A stretch of DNA of 64,000 bases from Aequorivita sp. (GCA_048270045.1 JBLWTS010000003.1:10069-74068), one strand, 5' to 3'; shown: positions 1 to 6,761, counted from the first letter of the stretch. Notes: a model not told the origin generated them from the letters alone. A program made the numbers and translations.

Positions 1-2077
1 TTTCCCAGGAGGTGGCATTCTTATCATCTTCGTCTGCATCCTTATACATAAAGACCAATTGCGGTAATCCTAAGTGTTCATTATCTTCTTCCTCTTTTGG
101 AGCTTTTTCTTTCTTCTTTTCCTTATCTGCAATTTTCACCCAAAACAATTGTTCAAAATTTTTTCCCGGAGCGGTCAGCGTTGCCTTCATTTGTACCGCA
201 TCTCCTACCTCCAAATCTTCCTTCGGGTTTAGGCTTATTTTTATAGTTCCCTTGTTGGGGCTGCTTTTTACAATATTAAATACATCAGTTGGCTCTTTAG
301 GTTCTCCTGGTTTATCACCGCCGCCTTTCTCATTATTTTTTATGTTGAGTATGGATATTTGCAATTCACCGGGGTCATCCAATCGGTCAAAATAATCATT
401 CTCAACATCCGTAGAAAATTTAATAGTCTTTTCGCCACCCAAAGGTATTTTGGCTACTTCATTTTCACCATTATTTCTTGCATCTATTTTAAAATGAGAA
501 GGGTATCTTTCAGGCTGAAAGGGAATTTCCTCTTTCTGTTTTTTAGCTGGTTTTTTATCTCCTTGCTTCTTCTCATTTTTCTTAATGTCCAATTTAAAGG
601 TTTGACTTAACAACTTCATTAAATCGGAATCTAAAGGAAGGTCTTTAGTAAAGCTCTTTAAAAGTTCTCCTGTATTGGCTGAGGTATCAATATTAACAGC
701 TTGTTTTCTATGTTTCTCTATTTCAGCGAGTCTCCCATCGCTTTTACTCAATTGATTAGCCAAATATTTCCTAAGGTATTGAGTTTCTTCCCCCTCTTTC
801 AATCTATCACGTGAAGCCATAAAAAGCTCTTTTCTAAAGTCATAATTCATTTCCGTACAATCAACGTGAATTAGTAAATGGCTTTTTAATAAGTTGAATT
901 TTAAGGAACGTGAAATAAATTCTGAAGTATAATGTCCATGTACTTGACCGTTCAAGGTAAATAGGACAGACATAGAGTTTTTAAAATATCTTCTTTGGAT
1001 ATTTTCCTTTGTTTTTTTTAAGTCATTATCTTTAACTTTGGTTTTAAAAACAAAACAGGAAACTTTCATTTCTCCTATTGTCTCATCGTTATAAGTTTCG
1101 GAAAATCGATCAGCTAAATAATCCGACTCTTCACTACTTAATCTTCTTTTTAATCCATATAAATCTTGGGTAAGTACTTTATTGTTTGGATATCGTTCTT
1201 CAGTATCCTTTGTTAATATAGGCAAAGCGGGATTAAAAAGAAATTCATTAATGCTTTGATTAAGATCTTGTGCAAATCCTGAATAACCTTTGGGGAATTG
1301 ATAAGAATACATTTTAATAATTGTTCCGGTCGTGAATTTTCTCCCTTCCAGGCCAATATCTAATTGATCAATAGGAAAAGAAGCTATTTTCCCCTCGATT
1401 AATAAATATTCATACCAAGTCTCTTTAGCGTGGTCAGATTCTCTTTTAGGATGCTCCCGGATAAGGGTAAAACCGAAATCTCCATCACTCGAATATCTCT
1501 TGGAAGCTATTAGTTGGTATCTTTTTTTACCACAGAATACAATTGCACCACTACCGCCCATATTATATTTTCCCTGCACAAACTGAACGTCATTTTTATT
1601 GCCTCTTAAAAGAGATAAAAAAGTACTTTCAAAATCTTCGGGATGTTGTCCCTCTCCATTATCATAAACGATAACCGAAGTTGGCTGTTGGCTCCTTGGA
1701 GTTCTAGGCCCTTTGCCATCTGCAATGATCTGAATTTCCTCAGCCTGACTTTTTCTAAATTGTTGTAAATCCCAATTATGATCCGGAAAAAAAGTATCAA
1801 TGGCTTCTTCCATTGATTGCGGAGCATTCTCACCTTTTGGGTCTATACCTGCTTGATAGCATTTTTTTGTCAACAATGCATCAATGGAATTAGTAACCTT
1901 TTCTATAAGTGCCGCAATGGGATTAGATTGTTGATTTTTAACTACTCCATAATTACTTTTGTTATTTCCTAACGGTTTCCAATTATGATCCGCGAAAATG
2001 GACGGATATTTATCAAGTATAGCACCTAAGTCCTCTTCATCCTTTGCATTGAAGAGATCAAAAAAAAGTTTTTGCAT
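1..2077 (-). CDS. GHKL (HATPase_c-type) ATP-binding protein, partial; C-terminus runs off the window
   Basis: Not in the ORF track because there is no stop inside the window. I translated the minus strand codon by codon from ATG at 2077 down to about position 360 with no stop, and read the last ~360 nt to position 1 less rigorously, also seeing no stop: MQKLFFDLFNAKDEEDLGAILDKYPSIFADHNWKPLGNN... Bergerat-fold motifs are present: IEKVTNSIDA (N box), VYDNGEGQ (DxGxG, G1), GKYNMGGSGA (G2). The + strand ORFs 12..395 and 359..610 and the - strand ORF 1606..1833 are out-of-frame or antisense shadows. Confidence 0.8.
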   Translation of the reverse strand, partial: MQKLFFDLFNAKDEEDLGAILDKYPSIFADHNWKPLGNNKSNYGVVKNQQSNPIAALIEKVTNSIDALLTKKCYQAGIDPKGENAPQSMEEAIDTFFPDHNWDLQQFRKSQAEEIQIIADGKGPRTPRSQQPTSVIVYDNGEGQHPEDFESTFLSLLRGNKNDVQFVQGKYNMGGSGAIVFCGKKRYQLIASKRYSSDGDFGFTLIREHPKRESDHAKETWYEYLLIEGKIASFPIDQLDIGLEGRKFTTGTIIKMYSYQFPKGYSGFAQDLNQSINEFLFNPALPILTKDTEERYPNNKVLTQDLYGLKRRLSSEESDYLADRFSETYNDETIGEMKVSCFVFKTKVKDNDLKKTKENIQRRYFKNSMSVLFTLNGQVHGHYTSEFISRSLKFNLLKSHLLIHVDCTEMNYDFRKELFMASRDRLKEGEETQYLRKYLANQLSKSDGRLAEIEKHRKQAVNIDTSANTGELLKSFTKDLPLDSDLMKLLSQTFKLDIKKNEKKQGDKKPAKKQKEEIPFQPERYPSHFKIDARNNGENEVAKIPLGGEKTIKFSTDVENDYFDRLDDPGELQISILNIKNNEKGGGDKPGEPKEPTDVFNIVKSSPNKGTIKISLNPKEDLEVGDAVQMKATLTAPGKNFEQLFWVKIADKEKKKEKAPKEEEDNEHLGLPQLVFMYKDADEDDKNATSWE

Positions 2078-2640
2078 TGAATAATTTTTTGAGATTACTA
2101 ATATTATTTTTAAACCTTAATTAGAATACCATTCTAATATTTAAATTTCCATAAGACATAATAGAATAACAATATAAGTCACAGCATACAAAATATATTA
2201 AATTGAATTTACTCTTTGAGTAAAAACTCAATAAATACGGAGAGCTACTTTGTATATTAACTTCGACTGTTTAAGTGGGGAGATTTTAATGACATTTATA
2301 AGTGGGTTTGTAATGTATTAAATGCATTGTAAGCTAAACTAAAATAATTTTAAAGAATTAGCAAATTTATTTTAGGTGTATAATCTATTCGTGCTAATTC
2401 ACCTTTTTTATAATTATTTGTCATAGTGAAGTAGTTTCTCTAAAACTAGTATGCAGGCCTGTTTTATAGAATTTAAACTACAATCAATATCATAATCCCA
2501 GAAGATAATGTGGGGTTCTAATTTGTTATTATAAATCTTAGTGGTTTTAATGTCCCAGCCTATGCCACTAAACGATGAAGTTTAATTATTATCACTATTG
2601 CTGATTACTTGAAACACTATGCTATTACGTAATAAAATTG

Positions 2641-3060
2641 TTATTTATTTTTATCCAGAATATCTTCCAGCTCCTTTTCAGTAAGTTGAAGTTGATTAGT
2701 TAAAAGTTCAATAGCCTTTTTAATCTGGCTGCCAGATTCACTCATTATTTTATCCGCCTGCCCAAGCACCCTTAATTCATCCTCCAAATAAGCTAATTTT
2801 TTTCGTAGAATGTATGGACTTTTAGCCTCATTAACTTGAAGCTCTTTTTCCTCATCACTCATCATTGGCTCCTTTCCACACAAAAGCCAAGAAGGATTGA
2901 GTTCAGGGCATTTATTATATAGTAACTCCGCATCAAAAGAGTTCCTGCTCTTCCAGTTTGAATATACCTGTGGTGTAATTCCTAAAAACTTGGCAAAGTC
3001 TACGTCAGTTTTAAAGCTGTAGTAGTCCTTAATCTTATCTAACATTATGGCCTTATCCAT
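2641..3060 (-). CDS. HTH transcriptional regulator, phage CI-repressor/XRE-like N-terminal domain with helical C-terminus
   Basis: 139-aa ORF. The N-terminus DVDFAKFLGITPQVYSNWKSRNSFDAELLYNKCPELNPSWLLCG looks like a CI-type HTH. The gene is divergent from the sigma/Cas12f-like operon. Confidence 0.7.
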   Translation of the reverse strand: MDKAIMLDKIKDYYSFKTDVDFAKFLGITPQVYSNWKSRNSFDAELLYNKCPELNPSWLLCGKEPMMSDEEKELQVNEAKSPYILRKKLAYLEDELRVLGQADKIMSESGSQIKKAIELLTNQLQLTEKELEDILDKNK

Positions 3061-3085
3061 AACAATAAAATATTTGTGTATAAAA

Positions 3086-3117
3086 TTTGCACAATAAACA
3101 AAACGTTTATATATTTG
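3086..3117 (+). promoter_or_regulatory. Candidate Bacteroidota-type promoter for the 3183..5660 module
   Basis: TTTG at 3086-3089 and TATATTTG (matches TAnnTTTG) at 3110-3117, about 65 nt upstream of the ATG at 3183. Confidence 0.35.
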
Positions 3118-3134
3118 ATTTTCAGTATGTAAAA

Positions 3135-3155
3135 CTGTTCAATAAATGTGAACAG
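3135..3155. promoter_or_regulatory. Perfect inverted repeat CTGTTCA-N7-TGAACAG; candidate operator
   Basis: Read directly from the sequence. It sits between the candidate -7 box and the first ORF, in the divergent intergenic region shared with the CI-like repressor gene. Confidence 0.4.
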
Positions 3156-3182
3156 ATTATTTAATCTGTAAATATAGCTAAA

Positions 3183-3371
3183 ATGAAGCAAACTTATAAT
3201 GCAACCCTTGTCAAGGCGCTTGCCAAGAAGTATGAGATATCGCCGCGATATGTTAGGTACTGTCTCAAAGGAGAGCGATCCCCCTGTTTTGCAGAGAAAA
3301 TTAAAAAGGATTATACAAGATTTATAAGTAAGATAGAAAATATAATAGAAAAGGAATGTAAATCAAAATAG
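3183..3371 (+). CDS. Small (62 aa) basic protein, possible HTH
   Basis: ORF track. ALAKKYEISPRYVRYCLKG is HTH-like. The stop lies 6 nt before the sigma factor ATG, so the two are probably co-transcribed. Confidence 0.5.
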   Translation: MKQTYNATLVKALAKKYEISPRYVRYCLKGERSPCFAEKIKKDYTRFISKIENIIEKECKSK

Positions 3372-3377
3372 TGTCCC

Positions 3378-4160
3378 ATGAAACCAAGCACTTTCATACA
3401 ACTAAAAAAAGGCTGCCCAAACGCCCTTACCGCTATTTATGATGAGTACCAGAGGCGTATTTTTGGGTTGGGCAGGTACTTGCTACGCGACCACTTTGTG
3501 GTGGAATGCCTGATGCAGGACACCTTTTTAAAACTCTGGGTGCACCGCGACCGCATCGAGCGGCCTGAACACATCCTTTTCTTCCTCCTTTTCGTAATGA
3601 AAAGAGAGTGCATCTCCTATTACACCCGACCCAGAAACGACTTCAATAGAAAAATCTGCTCCCTCGATAGTTTTGATAATTATCAAAACTATATGGCGGG
3701 CTACGATCCTCTGACCGAGGCCGAAACCCTAAGGTTACAAGCCAAGGAACAACAACACTTTGAGCTCATACAAAGTGTACTGCCCCTATTAGATACCGAA
3801 GGAAAACACCTAATCGAGCTTTGCCTAAAATACGGCTTCCATTACAAGGCCATTGCTCAAGCCATGGGTAGCAGTGTTACAGACACCAGCAACAAAGTGA
3901 AAAAAGCCATTGCAGCCCTTAAGATCATTGTGGACCAAGGCGGAACGCTTAACAGCAAACAAAAGCCTGCCACCATCAAACTACAAGGTGCAATGACCCC
4001 CGAACAGGCGGAAATACTAAAACTGCGCTGTGAAAATAAATACTCCTTCGCCGACATAGCCCAAACCCTCAACCGCCCCCAAAAGGAAATCCATCGAGAA
4101 TTTATAACAGCATACAAACTCATACAACAAAAACATCACCTACAAACACAATCCGCTTAA
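3378..4160 (+). CDS. ECF-type sigma-70 family factor with an extra C-terminal sigma4-like HTH module (260 aa)
   Basis: Region-2-like DTFLKLWVHRDRIERPEHILFFLLFVMKRECISYY. Region-4-like LIELCLKYGFHYKAIAQAMGSSVTDTSNKVKKAIAALK. A second region-4-like segment follows: MTPEQAEILKLRCENKYSFADIAQTLNRPQKEIHREFITAYKLI. It is about 100 aa longer than the ordinary ECF sigma at 51876..52355. Confidence 0.85.
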   Translation: MKPSTFIQLKKGCPNALTAIYDEYQRRIFGLGRYLLRDHFVVECLMQDTFLKLWVHRDRIERPEHILFFLLFVMKRECISYYTRPRNDFNRKICSLDSFDNYQNYMAGYDPLTEAETLRLQAKEQQHFELIQSVLPLLDTEGKHLIELCLKYGFHYKAIAQAMGSSVTDTSNKVKKAIAALKIIVDQGGTLNSKQKPATIKLQGAMTPEQAEILKLRCENKYSFADIAQTLNRPQKEIHREFITAYKLIQQKHHLQTQSA

Positions 4161-4213
4161 TGTGAAAACTTTAGGACCTAAATTCGTAATTCCAAATCCG
4201 AAATACCACCAGC

Positions 4214-4340
4214 TGTGGAATTTGAAAATTGAAAATTAATAATGTAAACCCGAGGGTGCTTGTAGACACTTAAGGTGAGGCCAACCGCACTCACTAAATG
4301 CCTGGGCATATACAACGCGTGAGTACTTACTTTTTTTTAA
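4214..4340 (+). ncRNA. Candidate guide RNA copy A: conserved ~105-nt scaffold (4214-4316) plus a divergent 3' tail
   Basis: Direct repeat of 5675-5781, about 80% identical by eye. It has three hairpins (4259-4274, 4275-4294, 4298-4309). Their stems are conserved between the two copies and their loops differ. It ends in ATACAAC, followed by sequence that diverges from copy B. See findings. Confidence 0.55.
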
Positions 4341-4559
4341 ACGCTCTTTAAATTGTTTTTGTAAGCCCAAACTTTTAGCCCTCCAACCAGCGAAGCAAGA
4401 GGAAGACAATGCAAAAAGGAAAGAATAATGAACAACTGAGTTGAATAGACTCATACTATTTAAATTTTTCTAACCAACACCCAACGACTGTCACACTGAG
4501 CGCAGTCAAAGTGCATAACCAACAAACAGACATCAGACAACAGAAAACACACAACTGAA

Positions 4560-5660
4560 ATGAAAACCTCCACCCTAAAACTCACCCGAAAACTCCAGCT
4601 CATCATAGACCTGCCAGAAGGGGAGGAGCGCAACGAAGCTTTTGAAAAACTCTATCGCTGGCAGAACCGTGCTTATCGTGCGGCAAACCTGATTGTCTCC
4701 CATCACTATATTCAGGAAATGATACAGGAATTTCTATACCTCTCCGATAAAGTGCAATACAAACTAACCGACGAGATAAAGGACCCTCTGGGCATACTTA
4801 ATCGCTCCCGAAATAACACAACTTATCGTTTGGTATCAGACCGTTTCAAAGGCGAAATCCCAACCAATATCCTCTCCAACCTCAACCGTGCTCTTCTCCT
4901 ATCATTCAACAAGGAGAAGCATGGATACTGGAAAGGGGAGCGGTCGGTAAAAAACTTTAAGAGGAATATGGCCTTCCCTTTTGCCCCTGATGAATGCATC
5001 CACTGCCTGCACTACAACGAGGAAAAGAAAGCCTTTTGCTTTCGATTGTTCAAAATTCCCTTTCGAATCTATCTGGGCAGGGATTCCACCGACAAGCGAA
5101 AGCTGTTGGAAAGGGCAATAGCAGGAGAGACCAGCATCCGCACCTCCCATATTAAATTAAAAGATGGAAAAATATTTTGGCTAGCAGTCTTTCAAATAGA
5201 AAAGGAAAACCACACCCTAAGGCCAGAAGTAATTGCCGAGGCCTCCCTTTCATTGGAATTTCCTATTGTGGTAAAGGCCAATAAAACGAGGCTCACCATT
5301 GGTAGCAAAGAGGAATTCCTGCACCGAAGGCTCGCAATACAGGCAGCGCGGAAAAGAGCGCAAAGCGGTGCCACCTTTTCCCGCTCCAGCAAAGGCACCA
5401 AAAGAAAGCTAAAAGCAGTGGATAGCTTCCATGAAAAAGAGCGCAATTATGTCCACACCCGCCTCCACGTGTACAGCAGAAAGCTAATCGACTTCTGCGT
5501 AAACCAACAGGCAGGAACGCTAGTCCTTTTGAACCAAGAAGACAAAATAGGCATCGCCAAAGAAGAAGAATTCGTATTGCGAAACTGGAGCTATTATGAG
5601 TTAATGGAAAAAATAAAATACAAAGCCCAAAAAGCAGGAATAGAACTTATAGTAGATTGA
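4560..5660 (+). CDS. Cas12f/TnpB-like protein, C-terminally truncated and apparently nuclease-dead (366 aa)
   Basis: The N-terminus KLTRKLQLIIDLPEGEERNEAFEKLYRWQNRAYRAANLIV has the WED/REC-like layout of TnpB/Cas12f. The central FRLFKIPFRIYLGRDSTDKRKLLERAIAGETSIRTSHIKLKDGKIFWLAVFQIEKE resembles the Cas12f WED/RuvC junction. The C-terminus YSRKLIDFCVNQQAGTLVLLNQED...LRNWSYYELMEKIKYKAQKAGIELIVD matches the RuvC-II region and the following helix. The protein stops exactly where the TSQ/CxxC zinc ribbon and RuvC-III would begin. Confidence 0.75.
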   Translation: MKTSTLKLTRKLQLIIDLPEGEERNEAFEKLYRWQNRAYRAANLIVSHHYIQEMIQEFLYLSDKVQYKLTDEIKDPLGILNRSRNNTTYRLVSDRFKGEIPTNILSNLNRALLLSFNKEKHGYWKGERSVKNFKRNMAFPFAPDECIHCLHYNEEKKAFCFRLFKIPFRIYLGRDSTDKRKLLERAIAGETSIRTSHIKLKDGKIFWLAVFQIEKENHTLRPEVIAEASLSLEFPIVVKANKTRLTIGSKEEFLHRRLAIQAARKRAQSGATFSRSSKGTKRKLKAVDSFHEKERNYVHTRLHVYSRKLIDFCVNQQAGTLVLLNQEDKIGIAKEEEFVLRNWSYYELMEKIKYKAQKAGIELIVD

Positions 5661-5674
5661 TTTTTTGGTTTAAT

Positions 5675-5805
5675 TGTGGAATTGTTTATTGCTAATTCTT
5701 TATTGAAAATTGTAAAGAGGGTTCTTGTAAACCCACAAGGTGAGGCCTAGGCACTCACTAAATGCAAAATGCATATACAACGCGTGGGCTCTCTTACCTT
5801 ATAAA
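5675..5805 (+). ncRNA. Candidate guide RNA copy B: scaffold (5675-5781) plus a divergent 3' tail
   Basis: Second copy of the 4214-4316 element, starting 15 nt after the Cas12f-like stop codon. Hairpins at 5724-5739, 5740-5758 and 5762-5774. It ends in ATACAAC, followed by GCGTGGGCTCTCTTACC... Confidence 0.55.
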
Positions 5806-5864
5806 ACATTCCGTTCGCACAGGTCGCGGCATGTCCCCAATTCCCTTGAGTCCTGCCTCCAAAA

Positions 5865-5969
5865 GTCGTGATTCCAACCGTCGTGATTCCAACCGTCGTG
5901 ATTCCAACCGTCCTGATTCAAACCGTCCTCCCTCAAACCGTCCTGATTCCAACCGTCGGGCCCCAAACC
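5865..5969. repeat. Tandem 15-mer repeat (about 7 copies, consensus CGTCGTGATTCCAAC)
   Basis: Read directly. Same family as 13400..13676 and the degenerate copies at 63840..63990. It produces the spurious ORFs 5762..6040 (+) and 5794..5982 (-). Confidence 0.9.
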
Positions 5970-5978
5970 CTTCTTTCC

Positions 5979-6761
5979 TCAAAACACTCCCACAATCCGC
6001 ATCCCGCCACTTTTGGGAATTGCTAACATCTCAGTATTGACCTCCTTATAAAAAGTTATTCCCACCGCTACTACCAATCCAGCCTCCTGTGGCAACTGAG
6101 AAATGGGTAGCGTTATCTCCATTGTCTCCATCTCGATACCAGCTACGGTAAGGGGCAGAATTTCACCCTGCATAAACCCTCCCAAACCGATGACTTCCTT
6201 GCAAAGTGGAAGATATTTTTTATGTTTGTCATTATAGGCATAATTGCTCAAGGCAGCTACATTTATTTGCAGTGCAAAATGCGTAGCTTTCTCCGGACCG
6301 GTAATTTGGGTTTGCGGTTTTATATTGCCAACTTCCCATAGCACTCCGTTTCCGTTTTTATGGAATCGCGGCATTGCCTTTAAGCCTCCTAAACTATTTA
6401 CTAGGGGTTGGAACTTTCTAAATTCAGTTTCAATCAAGTGAGATCCATTGGTGCGCAGGTCCAATTTTCGCCCTCCTTCTGTTCCTTCTCCAAAATAAGC
6501 AATACGCCTAAGTGCCCCACTAAACCTAGCCGACACGCTGCCATCTGCCAAGGAAAGGGAATGAAGTGAAAAACTTTTCCGCAAATCGCGGGCAGCCGTA
6601 CTCCCAACTCCAAATTCAATACTCGAGAGCTTGGTGCGCTCGCTTTGTTTAATGGGGCCTTCAATTTTTTTCCTGACTCTTTGCTGTCCATTTTCATCCA
6701 TATAAAATGTCAGCTCCCCAATGTTTCCGCTTATTCCCGTTAATCCATTTACTCGTGCCAT
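5979..6761 (-). CDS. Hypothetical protein (260 aa), no recognisable domain
   Basis: Long ORF convergent with the Cas12f-like gene. I see no signal peptide and no motif I recognise. Confidence 0.6.
   Translation of the reverse strand: MARVNGLTGISGNIGELTFYMDENGQQRVRKKIEGPIKQSERTKLSSIEFGVGSTAARDLRKSFSLHSLSLADGSVSARFSGALRRIAYFGEGTEGGRKLDLRTNGSHLIETEFRKFQPLVNSLGGLKAMPRFHKNGNGVLWEVGNIKPQTQITGPEKATHFALQINVAALSNYAYNDKHKKYLPLCKEVIGLGGFMQGEILPLTVAGIEMETMEITLPISQLPQEAGLVVAVGITFYKEVNTEMLAIPKSGGMRIVGVF

Noticed and set aside
12-610. The + strand ORFs 12..395 and 359..610
   Set aside because: They are low-complexity, Ser/Phe/Leu-rich antisense shadows of the long GHKL ATPase frame on the - strand.
1167-1180. 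9-nt match of AGTACTTAC (tail of copy A) to the - strand inside the GHKL gene
   Set aside because: A 9-mer is expected by chance about once in this much sequence, and flanking bases do not extend the match.
2078-2640. 560-bp AT-rich non-coding gap, as a possible small RNA or attachment site
   Set aside because: I could not identify a tRNA, direct-repeat att pair or convincing structure by eye. I noted it only as part of the island description.
4236-4454. 72-aa ORF on the - strand between the sigma and Cas12f-like genes
   Set aside because: It overlaps the conserved structured element antisense, has no recognisable features, and its conservation pattern (stems conserved, loops variable) is that of RNA rather than protein.
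4214-5781. The two ~105-nt direct repeats as left and right ends of an IS200/IS605-type transposon carrying tnpB
   Set aside because: No tnpA is present. The copies are direct repeats with identical internal hairpin order, not distinct LE/RE ends. One copy lies between the sigma gene and the Cas12f-like gene. The protein is truncated and apparently inactive. A domesticated guide-RNA role fits better, though ancestry from an IS605-type element is likely.
5865-5969. Possible CRISPR array immediately downstream of the Cas12f-like gene and scaffold copy B
   Set aside because: The units are contiguous 15-mers with no spacers. The same repeat family occurs at 13400-13676 and 63840-63990, far from any cas-like gene. 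It is a dispersed tandem repeat, not a CRISPR array.
5762-6040. ORFs encoding SNRRDSNRRDSNRP... (+) and RLESRRLESRRLES... (-)
   Set aside because: These are translations of the 15-nt tandem repeat. A period divisible by 3 keeps frames open artificially.
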